Shown in pieces: positions 1-14,930 of a stretch of 64,000 bases of DNA. The stretch's first letter is position 1. Each line of letters starts with the position of its first letter. A program made the translations under genes and the position numbers. The notes under the pieces are model-generated. The model was not told the DNA's origin. It made no database searches and was given only the letters and a program-made list of their open reading frames with translations. The stretch is from the human T2T-CHM13v2.0 reference genome, Homo sapiens, in assembly GCF_009914755.1 (NCBI RefSeq), contig NC_060925.1. One strand, 5' to 3'.

Positions 1-94
1 CATTTCCCTTCCCATCATGTTCCTCATTAGCATAACAGAATACTAGAATATTAGATTTATAGAGAATAAAAAGAAACTTGAATCAAACTCACAC

Positions 95-175
95 TTATCC
101 ATAAGAAAACTGAAGGCCATAGAGGTTAAATGATTTGCCTCAATAAGTGGCAGAGCAGAGCCTAGAACCCAGGGC
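95..175 (-). mobile_element. MIR fragment
   Basis: gaaaactgaaggccatagaggttaaatgatttgcc...cctagaacccagg resembles the reverse MIR core. Confidence 0.6.
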
Positions 176-1057
176 CGCGACCAAGTGCCAGCATCCTTTT
201 GTCACATTTTCTCTTCTTTCCTCTGTACCCTTTCTGTGCTCAACCATCTTCTCTCTAGTCCCTTCTTTCTCTTCTGGGGCTTCCTCATCCTTAGCAAGTA
301 TATGTTTTTGGTGTTTGGGGCATAGGAGGCTGGATATAAGGATCATGACTAATAAGAAAGGACTTACGTAAGAAAAAATAGGAATGGATAAGAGAAAGAT
401 ATTCATAGAGGTGAAGCCAACCAGCAGAGATCCAGTGAGAATTGGTAACAGTGACTCAGAAAAATGGTTAATATTCTTCTTTCCCAAATATGTTGCTGGA
501 GAACTTTGTGAAATGATAATATAAAACTCAATAGGCAATGGACTTCTACCCAGTGTAAAACCAAGAGCAGATCTCAGCAGATGGGAGAATAGATGGATGC
601 TTAGGCAAGCACTCATCTCAGAATGGTTGCTGGGCTCTTCAGTAGCCCTAAGAAAGGCAAACTATCCAGACTCTGCCCTGAGAGGTAGCTCTTTGAGAAC
701 AATTGAGTACTCCTGGGAAGGAGGAAGCAGCTCAAATAAAAAGATCTTTAGATCCCTTTCTTTTAGAATTCTCTATTGGAGCTAAGAGACCAGGGAATTT
801 TATTTGATTATTCTGATAATAGTTTTCCCAAGCTTTTCAGGGTGTAGGGCTGAGAGTACAGAGAGGTTTCTAGCCCTGGTTCTAGAAAAATCTCATTCCT
901 TTCCTGGTCTCAGCATCTACATCTGTAAAATGAGTGTGTTGGAATAGTTACTAAGACTCTAAGGTGCCTTTCAGTTCCCACTGTAGAGACTCTGGGATTC
1001 TAGTTTCCATCATTGTTATTTCAGCTGATTGGAGGACACGATTAACTTTCTTGGTCT

Positions 1058-1237
1058 CCAGCATTCGAAGCCTGGCTGCACATTAGAATAAGCCTGGGAA
1101 CTTCTAGAAATGCTGATACCTAGACTGCAGCCAAGACAAATTAAATCCAAATTTCTGGAGATAGGACCCCTGTATTCTTAATTTTGAAAAGCTTTCCAGG
1201 TGATTCTATGGTCCAGCCATGGCTGAGATCCACTGAT
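1058..1237. mobile_element. MER5-family hAT-Charlie MITE
   Basis: ggctgcacattagaata...aagctttccaggtgattct...ggctgagatccactg matches the MER5A/B pattern. Confidence 0.7.
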
Positions 1238-1733
1238 CTTCTAGACCGAGGGGAGCCAGTTACCTGACTTCCTTCTGTTTCTTTTGAGTGTACTTTGATT
1301 ACGTCTTGGCTGCTCCCTCTCAGTTTTCTTGCAGGCTATGGTGAAATAGCAGGAGCCGCCTGGGTGTCTTGAAATTTAGCCTGAGAGAATGGGGTGATTA
1401 ATTCTTATGTGTCACTGCATTGACAAAGCCATTCACCTGTGGCTGCTTCCGACACACCTCCAGCTGCACAGGTAACAGCCTTCTGTGATGAGGGGGATGG
1501 ACCAGACATCCTGAATGCAGGTCTGGCTGAGGAGGCCATTTGAGGCTGAAGGACAGAGTAAGGCTCACCCAGGAGGCCCTTGAGCAAGTGACTAAGAGTT
1601 GTTGACCTTGCTTCCTACCTGGTTGGTTCACCCCTTATGCATATGAAGGTTGATCCAGCATGACTACCATTGAATACAGCAGTCACCGCCTTAACATCCT
1701 TGACACTCCCCTGGGGATGTGGAACTCACAATA

Positions 1734-1926
1734 AGTGCTGTGCTGAAACTGGCTTGTCCCAGCTCTTGAGTGTCCTCTCTGTATGTCTCTTCTAGACTCC
1801 ATGTTCAGTGATATCAAGATGGTAGCTTGAAATTGGCCATGGAGAGAGTATTTATACCCCAGAAATTTGCAAATGCTACACATTGGGGCTTTTCCCCCGA
1901 AGTTAAACATCTATTAGCACAACACT
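1734..1926 (+). mobile_element. MER63-like hAT-Blackjack MITE
   Basis: gttcagtgatatcaagatggtagcttgaaattggccatgg...agtatttatacc...gttaaacatctattagcaca. Confidence 0.7.
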
Positions 1927-1949
1927 TAGTTTTCTACTTAACAAAATAG

Positions 1950-2230
1950 TCCATTCACTTGTGGAACAGTGGAAGTTCTTCTCTTTATTGCTCCAGATCT
2001 GTCTTCGGATGGGTACTCTGCACATTGGGTCTTAGTCTTTGCCTCCATAATAACTTAGAAAACATCTGAGCCCCTTATTACAAGCTAGCCCTTCAGATAT
2101 TTGAAAGCAGCTGTGATGTATTTCTCAAGTCTTCCCTTTCCAAGCTGAGTATCCCTAGTTCTTTCAACATTATCTCACGTGGTTTGCAGGCTCAGTAGGT
2201 GTCTTTGAATGCCAGGGCACAGTTGCAGAG
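1950..2230 (-). mobile_element. L3/CR1 fragment
   Basis: gcccttcagatatttgaaagcagctgt...ccaagctgagtatccctagttctttcaac resembles antisense L3. Confidence 0.55.
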
Positions 2231-4040
2231 TTTTCAGAGGAAAACAAACATTCTCCCACAGGTGATCTATGGACTCTTTCACAAAAGGCTTTTCATTTTT
2301 CTTATGCTGTCTCAGTTCCATGATGCTGGTGTTGATATGAAGTGGGGTGTAGTCTTGGGTGGGGTTGCTGATTGCACCTCATAGTCATCTTCCCTGAAAT
2401 GCACGTTGCTGCCAGAACTCTTGATGGGCTCCAATTCATCAGAGTGTCATCAAAACACAAATTCTCGTTTCTGAAACAGGTAATTTTCCCACTGCTGTTT
2501 TGTTTTCTTCCAGAGGCTTTTAATGCTCCCCTTTTCTTTTTTCCCTTTTCTGTAGCGTTCAATCATTTGTCTGCTGTTCACCAAAACTGTGTGTTGAATG
2601 ACAGCGTTTTGAGTCCAGGATCCAGTCACACGCAAAACAAATGAATTTGTTAAGACTTATCCAGCTGTCTGTAACTGCAAGGGGCATGGCAGTGGGAGGA
2701 GGGAGGGAGACAGTACTGTCTTATTTTCTCAGAACCAGCACTTCCCATCCTTTGGGAATCAGGGCCCAGATGAGTCTGGAACTGACCTCAGTGTTGGTTC
2801 ACCAAAGTAGCAATCATGTGCACTTCCTTTCAGCCACTTTATCCAGAGGGCAGGGTCCTGGGAGTCAGATGGGAGTTCTTTGGTCTAAAGTAATGAGAAT
2901 TTGGACTTGCCTTCACAGCCAGCATTAAATGGGTAATGCTTAGGATCTTTTGCTTTGAGTAACTGAGTCCACTGACCTCCATGAGAGAGCAGCAGGATTG
3001 TATTGGCAAACAAAAGGCCTTTTGGGGAGTTCTCTGCCTCTTTGTTATGTTCTCAATATTGCTTTATTTGTCTTTCATTCATTAGGTTTTTAGGAGTAGG
3101 TGTGATGGCATTTCCATCTTCTTGACAGCAGGAGTGGGGAAGAGAGAGAGAGAGAGGGATTAAGAAGGAGAGAGGTGTGTGTCTGTTCAGGACTGCCTGT
3201 CAGATGGTGAATTTGAACAGAGGCAGCTGTTGTCATGGCGATGGCAGGTTGCATCCCACCACCATGGAAACCAAAGTTAAAAAACTGATGTTAAGGCTGG
3301 AAGTCACATGATACATTTTTGTTTTGTTTTGTTTTAAAAAAAGAAAAGGGGTTTGGTTTTTTAGTCTTTTTTTTTAAGATGAGGTTGGGTGGTGAGAAAA
3401 ATTGCACAAGGAAAGCAATGAGATGATGACATGGGACAGTATGGAGTAGGCAGAGCCTTCTTTCATGTTTTTCTGCTTGTTGACAGTGCATGTCTCCTGC
3501 CGTGGTTAGAGAGGGGATGGGAGGGGTATGCAGGGTGGACTTCCAGGTTTGCAGCCAGAGTTGTACACTGCTAACTGTCACATGGAGAAACACAGGGGTT
3601 TAGCCCTCTTGCCCTTTGGAGGTGATGTGTGGTTCACCTTCTGTTGATCAGCCCAGAACAGACCCAGGAAACCTAAAAGTATGGACTACCCAAATAGGAA
3701 GATAGTCCATATATTGATAAATTTGGAAGGTTAACATTTATTTTCAGAGAATTGAAAAGTTCATCTATAGCTCCTCAGAATCTCCAGGAATAGTTCTGTC
3801 TGTTTATTCCCTTTTCTGGGCTGGTCTCTTTTGGGCTGCCATGTCCTGCCAGGGCAGCCATAGGAGTGAGTGCAAAGAAGTCCAGAAGGAGCCCTGGGCC
3901 AAGACTCCTTGCACCATAGCTTATCTCTTAACCTGGGCCCTCTCACCTGGGCAGGGTGGAGCGGCTTGCTGAGAGGCATTAGAAAGCCCTCTTGGCTCTC
4001 CATCTTTTTACCTCATACTGACTTCTACTTTATGCCATGA

Positions 4041-4418
<378 letters not shown>

Positions 4419-6789
4419 AGGCCAGGCCTGTTTGAACAGGGCTGGTTTGAATTTTCCTTTTGTGTAGACAGGTTAGGAAGCAGAGATTTCTGTAAGAATG
4501 TCTGCTTCTAGGAAGGTGAGGAAGACCATGAGGGATGCAGACACACTGTTGAAGTGATGGTCATAACTATTGCTATGTCTGGGTTTTAGGCACAAGGTCT
4601 TATGTCTTCGGCATTACTCGTCCCTCCAGGACAGATGTATCTTTCTCAGTCGGCTCAGACGAGGGTCATATGATCTCACCAGCATGATCTCACTGCATTT
4701 CCATCAGGGTCTGTGGGAACTGGAGCCAGACTTCTGTGATGGTTCAACCCCTCCTGTTCTTAGCCCTGGCCTGGGGTGTGATTAATATCCCTTCTAATCA
4801 CTGGGAGAGATTGCATCAGAGCCATCAGCTTCATAAATCCTCCTCTGGGGACTGGTGTTTGGATGCGCTTTCCATATTCTCAGGAGGTTCTGGGCCAAAT
4901 GTCTTTGCTCTTTTCCTGGAGGCCCATTACCATAATTTTCTTTTAAATCCTTTATTGGAGTTGGTCTCCTCTGTGTCAGTCCATGGCTACAGCCAGCCAG
5001 CCCACTCCTGAGGGCTGGAGGCTGTAACCACCAACAGATGCTTTCCCCAAAGTATTGAGCCACAGTAGATGCTGAAAGATTGAGTTAGTAGGATACTGAA
5101 AGTAACTGTATTTGTGCAACACTTTACAGTTTTCAGAGGGAGTTCAGATTCCGGTATCATTTTAGGCTTCAGTCCTTTTGTATTTCTTGTTTGGTTCTGT
5201 GGGAATGGATGGTCATAACCCTTCATTGACTCTTGAGTACTGTGTTGGGACAGCTTTTGCAGTCGGAGGCCTGGCTCTGGTTTCCTTTACCAAGCTACAT
5301 TTTTTCCATTGCATTCCAGGTCTTGAAGAAGATTCTGAAGTTACACGGAAGGCTTGGATAGCTGTATTTCATTCCTGTTCATATGTAAAATGTCTATTTG
5401 GTGTCATGCTAATAGGGAATCACAGACTAGTTAAGGCTCTTTCTCTGTTACTGTCTTTGAGTCAAAGTCCACTTATTAGGATGATATTTATGTGCACATG
5501 AAGAAGAGGTGGAAAGACATGCATGAAGGTGTCCATGCCATCCTCTGAGGCTGTTACATCTCTTGGATTTAGACATCCAAAAACATGAGACTGAAGGGAG
5601 AAAAGGAGACAGGTCTTCCTGTAGGGTCTGGGGTGAGGGGTGGAAATGGGTAAAGGAGGCTGAGGAATGCCTCCCCTCAGACTGTGGACTCTTCTATACC
5701 CCCCCAGGAGTTTCCAGGAAGTGCCTGAGTGCCCACCGACTGCTCCCCACAAAAGCATATTCTGCATTAGGCTGAAGTTGGGAGAGTGCACAGCATTCTA
5801 TCTGCCTGCCTGTCAGAGCATGGCCTTCTTAGTGTTCGGATGTCATAGGCTCTGGGAGGAGACAGCTAAGTACAGAGGTCTTCAGGATGAGCCCCCTGGT
5901 GGTGATAGAGATGCATGTTTGCCTGGGGACACCCAATATTTACTGCCTGAGGCCTAAGTCCTTCCCAAGCATGTACCTACAGATCTGTACCTGAGAGGTG
6001 ATGATGAGGAGGCTTTTCAGGCTCAGGCAGATGAAGAGCTCAGCTCCAGGCCAGGCCCCCAGGGCTCCGGTGACAGCAGAACCAGCATCACCACCCTTGC
6101 CCCAGCTTTCTGTGCTTCAAGAAGGAAATGAACAAATGGCAGGTGTGCAGGCCACGTCGTGCTGCTCAAATTAGCCATGTTGCTAAGGAAACAAGTCAAC
6201 CATTCAAAGGAAGGAGCATTGGGTAAAGGAGATAAATCAATAAGTGAACCTATTTTTATCATTTCCCTAATGATTGTCTTGAAACTGCTAGACTAGAAAG
6301 AGAGTTGGAGCAACACAGGTCCTCATTAATGGGCTCAGAGGGAACGAGGAGTGAAGGGGTGTTTGAGGAGATTGCCAGTAAAGTTTATGAAATGAGGCCT
6401 CTAGTGAGCAGTGAGCTGGTACAGGAGGGAAGGCAGGAAGGAAGATGTCTTTTGCAAGTTTCAAAGTGGTTTCATGGTCATTTCCTCATTTTGGCCAGGT
6501 CCCTTCATTCTCTTGCATTTAATCCTCTCCGAAGTCTTTTTCTGATTTCTCTGGCCATCGCATTCCTCCTCACTCTCAGGTTGGGATGGGTTTTTGTGTT
6601 GATTTGTTCTTTTCAGGATACATATAGCTTTAATTGATTTTGTAGTGATAAATGAACACATGCTCATTTGAACACTCAGAAAATGGTTAGAGGAGTAAAG
6701 AAGAAAGTGAAAATAACCCTGCTACCGAGAGAAGACTCATCATCCTTCCAGCAAGACAGAATTTTTTCTTGTTCTCTCCCTTCTCTTTT

Positions 6790-7093
<304 letters not shown>

Positions 7094-8917
7094 TTCTCTT
7101 TTTTTTTTTAAACATGAAAGGGATCTTCCATGTATGCTGGTTTATTTTCTTTTTTAAATAGGTCATGTGTGTCTACAGTGGACAGTATAAAAAGTTCAAA
7201 TGGGTATACAGTGTGGAGAGTGTGGGTACCTTTTGTAAGGATACCTCTGGCTCTAGTTTCCCTGTATGATTCATTTATCAATTGAATATTAATTTATTAA
7301 TAAAATAACAGTTACCGGGGCCCCACTGTGTGCCAAGTACAGTGGTGAGTGAGGCAGGCAAGGTCCTGCCCTGGGGCTCCCAGTCCTTACTGCCCCATCA
7401 TCTCCATTTGTTCAAGATTTCAAAACACAAGCAATCTGGATACCAGGGATAGATATTCTTCCCTAAAATATGCACAGTGTCAGGCACAGAGTGTAATGAG
7501 TGTCACTGAATTCTAGAACAGAGAGTCAGAGTCCTGGACAGACTTCCATCTTGTCCCTGATTGTGGTTGCCATGAAGGGTGATGGTCTTTGAGGCCGTGG
7601 CGACTCGGAGCTCCCTTTGACCTTTCTAAGTCATGTCTTTGTCCAGTCTGCCAGGTTGAGGGGCACTAGCTTGACTGGTGGGTGGGTGTTATTTGCCGTC
7701 TAGGCTCTTCACTTTGGGGATGTAGCAGAGCCATTGCTTTGGGGTGTGAAGTTTTGCTGTCGGGAAGAAATGGGAGTGGTGCCTCGGAGGCAGCCTGCAA
7801 GGGTGGGAGTGAGCAGGAGCCATGGCTCAGGCCAGAGTGGGTGAGCAAAGCCCTGTCTTTGTAATGGCTCCTTAGTGAATGCCTCATGTTCATTCTTACC
7901 TGCATTGAACATTGACTAAGCTCCTACTATATACCATGGGCTCTGCTAAGCACTGCCAGTAGAGACATGAGCAAAACTCCTGCTTTCAAGATATAGTTTC
8001 TTGATTTAAATAGGAGAAGAAATAATACAGTCACACAATTCAAAGAGCTGTGGGGCACGGGGAGAAACTTTCACTGACAAGGTGGCATTTCAGCTTGGTC
8101 TTGATGTATGACTGGAAAGGAGAAGAAACGCCATTGCATGTGGTGGCAGAAGCACCTAGATGTAAATGCCTCTTTTTTGTGCTTTCTTCAGAAAGGGAAG
8201 TGGAAAAGAGTTTAAAGAACAGGGCTGTAAGGGAGAGTGGCTGGGGCCTAGGCAGACTTGGATGGTCTCTTCTGCTCACCTCCCCTGAGATTTCCCTGCC
8301 ACTATCCATTCTTTCACCTAGCCCACAGTTACACAGAATCTCCACATTCTCACTGCAGGTTCTTCATTACCGCAGCCATGAATTCATCCTGAGGTCTAGA
8401 TGCCCTATAAGGCTGAAAGGGACATCCCTCTCAAGGGCATATATATCTGAACAATTTTAAAAATGTAAAGCAAAAAAAAAAATATTTTTAAGCCAGAAGA
8501 TTGCTGCTGTGAATGGGCCTCACATCAGATAGTGGGAAGAGGATTTGGCTGGAGAGGAAGTGAGAATAGGGTCTTCTTAGAACCTGTGAATTACCAAACT
8601 CCCACCTTTAGATTCTAGACTTTAGGGCCTTGGGTAGCACCAGCCATCAAGACCTCATGAATTCTCAGCCACCCAGATACCTGGCCAGTCACTGGGAGTT
8701 TGACTCATCAGCACCTGGGCCAAGAGCCATTCCGCTGCCTGGAGCATCTTCCGGTGGTGTTGGCTACACCTTCCTGAGCTAGCCTGTGTCCCCACAAACC
8801 TCACATATCTGCCCTTGGACATTCTGGACTAGTTGAGCTTAAAGGTCCTTATAGGGAGCAATATACTTGGGTTAACTGGCTAGGAAAATGCAGGTATGGG
8901 TGTGGAAGCAGGGAGCT

Positions 8918-9020
8918 GGGGCAGTGGAGGAACTGCCATGGTCCAAGGGGATATTGTGAGTGGAGAGTCAGGGGCAGTGGAGGAGCTGCCATGGTCCAAG
9001 TGGGTATTGTGAGTGGGGAG
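8918..9020. repeat. Tandem duplication, 53-bp unit x2
   Basis: ggggcagtggagga(a/g)ctgccatggtccaag(g/t)gg(a/g)tattgtgagtgg(a/g)gag starts at 8918 and again at 8971. Confidence 0.9.
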
Positions 9021-9456
9021 GCCTCGGAGGCACATGGCTGCCAGGACCTGTCTTGCCTGCAGGCTCAGCACTGAGAACCCATCTACTTTGAAGCCTGTGC
9101 TTATCACTTTCAGGTTTTCAGGGGAAGAAGATTCAACCCCCCAAAACAATCATAGACCCCACATAGACCCATTAGAATGCGAGAGGTCTGCAGCTTGAAC
9201 GAGAAAGTACTTGTGCCCAGTCCTACCTTCCAGGGCAGGCACTGGGCTTCTTGGATCTGCTGAGCAGGTGTCTGAAATTGCATGAGACGTTTCCAGCTGT
9301 GAGGAGTGACCAGGTGAGCCCCACACTGTTGTGAACACTTTTGTTAGGAACCAGGACAGGGGATGACATGGAAGAGGCCCTGGTTTCACTCCAGTCAGAT
9401 CCATCATCCCTCCTGCCCCAGCTCTTGGGGACTGGCAGACAGACCCCCACTTTGTG

Positions 9457-9757
9457 TCAGGCTGCCCAGGTATGTTCCTGGGAACACCGTTCAAAAGAGA
9501 TGCTCTGAAAAAAAGAGTTACAAGGTGAAGCAAGTTTGGGAAATGTTGTGTGCTGTCCCAAACGCCTTGTGTGTGTGTGTGTGTGTGTGTGTGTGATGGG
9601 GTGTGTGCCCACTGTATGCAAAAGTATTAAAGGCCCCAAGAAGTCCTGCTGGGGAGAAACCTGCTTAACTTTGCCCAACCCAGGCTTTCTCTCATTGGTT
9701 GATTGCAAGTTCCTATAGCACCAGTATTTCATGGCCTGCATCTTAGGAATACCACTC
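9457..9757. mobile_element. hAT-Charlie MITE (Charlie18a/MER113-like) interrupted by (TG)n
   Basis: gttcctgggaacacc...caagtttgggaaatg...attaaaggccccaagaagtcctgc...gaaacctgcttaactttg. A related copy lies at 44240-44515. Confidence 0.55.
9568..9595. repeat. (TG)14 microsatellite
   Basis: Direct read. Confidence 0.97.
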
Positions 9758-11874
9758 TCAACGCTCTCAACTTCTGTTGTCTTTTGTCAGTGACTTGTAT
9801 GCGTGTTGCCAGTTCTCTTTCTGGATCCATCGCCCAAGCATGTTTTCAGGAAAGGGTATGGATTCCTTGGCCACCATTGCTGCTGGGTTCCCATCTTTAA
9901 TTTGCAGGATGAGTCTGGGATTCCGGGTGCCTATGCCAGGCCCAGGGCAACCTAGGCTGTTCAGAAGGCTTATGGGACACTGGGTCCTTGTGTGGTTCCT
10001 GGTTGCTCTGCATTTTTTCAGAGGTCTGGGTTACAGCCATGATGGGAGGGGAGGAGCACTCCTCCTGCGATCAGTGGGCATGGGTGGCCCTTGGCAGGCT
10101 GTATGTTGGGGGCCAGTCCTTAGAAGGTGGTCATGCTAGCTGGGTGGGCGTCTGTGGTGTGTGTCTGCTGGCATGTTTGGCTCTCAGGGGCTTCACACCC
10201 GGAGTGTTTGAAGGAAGAGGAATGCCCATGGGTGCTGAGGGACTTTCCATGTGGGGAGGCTCCCCTCTGAGTGGGAGGGTTTAAGCAGGCACAGTGGGGT
10301 GTGGAGGCAATGGACAGGCTCTGAAGTCCCCTGAGGCCAGGTCTGTTTTTAGTTCCGGTGGCTGAACCTCAGGGCAGCAGAGGCCCGTGGAATGGTCTCT
10401 GGGGTCTGTGTGCTGTGTGAGTGCTAGAGGTGCGTGGGAAGGAACGATGGTGGTCAGCTGCTGGCGAGTGAGTGTGACTCTCCAGTGTGACTCAGAGATG
10501 CATGGTGGTGGGGGAGGAGAAGGCACTGCCAAATGAGGATTAAGAGAAGGACTAGGGGCTCACACACAGCCAGCATCTCAGCCCTGCAGCCCCTGATGCC
10601 AGCACCAAGACCAGAGCAACTGGTGAGCAGCTCACATCTCATTGCACACACTGCCTTGCCCTCCCCAGAGATGCCCTGGGTGCTAACTTAACATTGTGTT
10701 ATTGCCACAGGTAGCCTGGCAGGATGGGGGCATTGCAGGGATAGCTGTGATTTGCCCTCCTGAACTCCACGACAGGGTTCCAGGCCCTGCACCCTACACA
10801 GCCTGTCTGGGTATGTGGGGAGATAAGAACAGTCCCTTTCCTTCCCTCCACTTTGCCAGATCTACGGCTCCTCTCTTCTGCCTGGATTCCAGAATCTTCT
10901 GGAGCACAGGTTGCTCAGCAAGACCAGCTGCAGTAGCTAACTTGTGTTTGTCGTAACAGTAATCACAGAATGAAATTCCAACATGCAGAATGACAGCACT
11001 GGGAGCTGGTGATTCCCTCTTTCTCTTCTGAGAGTCCTTCCCACCTCCCTCGGAGCATGTGGCAAAACCTTCCTGCAGGGGTCATAGTCCTGTTTTTGAA
11101 AAGGCACAGGGAGCACCTCACCTGTTTTCAAAAACATCTAACAGAAAAAAGCCTGCATTCATTCATTGTAGTGTGGTTCTTACAGGACTGGACTTTGCTG
11201 TCCAGGATTCCAGACTCGTGATCAGTCTCTGTTTCATATAGATGCAGACACTTAGAAGAAAATAAGGTGGGACAAAGCAAGCCTCTCCTTCCCCCAGAAG
11301 TACATTGCTGAGTGGAATTTTAAAATAGAAGGAAGCTCACATGGAGAGAATTGTTTATTTTCCAGATGTTCTTCTGTTACTCAGTGGTGCAGAGATTCTA
11401 GAAGAGAGGACTCCAGTTGTGAGCCCAGGAGAGCAATGGATTGCAGCAGCTGGATCTGTGCACAAGCATCGTTACCCAGTTCAGTGGTTTGAAGACTGGG
11501 GAGAACAAGGGGTCTGCGATGGCATTAATTATGTTTCTTCCTCCTTTCTTCCCCCTTCTATTTTCAGCCTTGGTTATTGGATTTGTTATTGAATTCACTC
11601 AGTAGCTGGAGTGTCTGCCATATGCCCAACTATATTATGTATTGGCTATATACGTTCCTTTTTTGGAGAAGATGCTTTGTGTTCAGAGACCAGGCACAAA
11701 TGTTTTTGGTTTCACAAAACCAAAAGTGGATGCTAAGGACCATCCACTGTCTTGCCTGCCTGCCTGTTTACAAATAAAAATCATGCAAACTGCACAGACA
11801 CAATGCGGGTTGATAGAGTTGTGTGTTTATGGGCACGGCCATCTTGGAGGCTGTGTCCCTCTCTGGTGAATTTG

Positions 11875-12931
<1,057 letters not shown>

Positions 12932-13461
12932 TAAGTCCATTTTCTCTCTCTGTCTGTGTGTGTGTATGAAGGGGGTTGGTATCATGAGGTGGCTGGGGGC
13001 AGGGAACCTGGGGTGGAAAGACAGCAATCTGTAGAGTAGGGGCAGAAGAAAAAGTTCAAGGCTAAGATTCCCCAGGGTGCTGGACCATAGGTCAGCCACC
13101 TCAAGAGGAGGATGAGTACTGTGTGGAGATGCGTGTGGTGTTAGGCAGAGGCCATGGGACTCTCAGCCAGGTCTGGAAGCTGCCACTTCTGGTTTTCCAT
13201 TCTGTGCTTGGCTCAGTGGCTAAACACCCACTTCTCTGGGGAGGGTGACATTTCCCAATGAGCCTTTTCACCAAAGCAAGCAGCTTACCCCCGCCTGGGA
13301 GGCACCTCCAAGACGGGCCAAAAGATGTAGTCAAATGCAGCTTCTTTTGGGCGTTGGAGAAGACCTCAGCCATATTTTCTGAACTGATCATTGAGACTTG
13401 TGTTCTGACAACAGAAGTTTTTATCATTTGCAGATTTGTTAATAGTATAAAATCGAATCAT

Positions 13462-13651
13462 ATTAAAATGTTGGATAAATCATTCTGTGGAAATTAATAT
13501 AGCCATACGACATTGGGGCTGACCCAGTGTCACAGCAGCATATATGATGGCAGTACATTTAGTTAAATATTTGATAAATCATTCTTTTGGAAATGAATAT
13601 AGTATGAGGAAGCTGGGTTGACCCAGTGCCCTTGGCAGCAAATGTGTTGGC
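13462..13651. repeat. Diverged tandem duplication, ~100-bp period x2
   Basis: gataaatcattct.tggaaat.aatatag ... tggg..tgacccagtg ... gcagca.at.tg.tggc occurs twice (gataaatc at 13474 and 13573). Confidence 0.85.
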
Positions 13652-14559
13652 CTTGGGAATGGTGTGACGGGCAGGCCTTCCTGGGCTTTTGTGGCTTCCT
13701 ATTGGTCTTTGTGTCAGGTGGCTCTTGGTACCTGCAAAGCTGGGCACTGAGGAGTGGTCCTGTGTGGATGTGGCAGCAAGTGATGTGGTCTGGAAATTCC
13801 CTTACCCAACTGCTTGGCAGACAGGGTTCAAACCCATGAAGAAAAGAAGAGAGTGACTTAGAATGGCAGGGAAGGCGAAATATTAGCTACTACTGTGATT
13901 GACCAACAGGAAAGGAGAGAAAAGAGGAATTGTTTTCCAGGGAGGAGTCAGAGGAGGGGTGAAGGTAGATAAAGTCTTAGAAGGAAGGGTAAGGGCTTGG
14001 GAATGATTGCATCTATTTGTTGTCATGTGGAATAGACAAAATACTCTTATTTTTTAATCTTTACACCATTGGGATTACATGAAAGAGAAAACACTGAAGA
14101 TGTAATGGACTGGAATATGTAAATGGAAGCACGTAAGCAGCCAGCCCCTCAATATGGGAAATGGATAAATAGACTGGGATGACTATTCATGTTTAAAAAT
14201 ATCTGTTGCCTTACAAAAGGATTTTCTGGAGGTTAGTTTTCTAAAAGAAAATTCTACTACATTTTAAATATGAATTAGTATATGAAGATATAGTTTTTAC
14301 ATAGTATTACAGAACTATATTGGGTAATGTTGCAAATGTCCCTAAAATAAATAATATGTGCTGTATTAGAAGAGGCCTGTATGAGAATCTGAATCATTTA
14401 GAAATGTTATGATTCTATCTAGAAGAAAAGTGTTGTATAAGTCACTACAGAAGAACAACAAAAAAAGAAAAGTATTGTAATGTGTATATAATAAGTTTGT
14501 GTAAATTCTTGGTCCTGCTCAGCTCTATATGTGGCAGAATCCATTTGAAATTTCTTGTC

Positions 14560-14930
14560 TAGTCCATTTATTTTTGTTTTAAATGATTATATGTTCATTA
14601 AAGAAATATGGAAAATACAGAAAAGTCAAAAGAAGAAAAAAAAATTCACTGATTCAGAAAAATTCCTGATTGTTTTGTGGTATTTCCTTCCAGGCCTTCG
14701 ATGCTAAGCAAGCTGTCTTTTAAATGCTTGTAATTTTGCTGCTTTCTTCCCAATATAGTATGAGCATATTACATGTTATTGCATATTTTGGTAAAAATCT
14801 GTAATGACTGATCAGCAGTTTGTTAAGTAGATGTACACATCTTGCTTCTCATTTTTGCAGTTACTTGACACTTGGATTCTTTCTGTTTTTTGGCTCTGAT
14901 AAATAATTATTAAAGATGCTCCAACGTACG
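14560..14930 (-). mobile_element. Old L1M (L1ME-like) fragment
   Basis: AT-rich degenerate L1ME-type 3' sequence (aaatatggaaaatacagaaaag..., gacacttggattc...). Confidence 0.45.

Noticed and set aside
140-616. 158-aa minus-strand ORF with hydrophobic stretches
   Set aside because: Composition follows purine/pyrimidine skew and overlaps a MIR; no family resemblance.
10598-10620. RE1-like CAGCACCAAGACCAGAGC
   Set aside because: The right half-site deviates from GGACAG at key positions.
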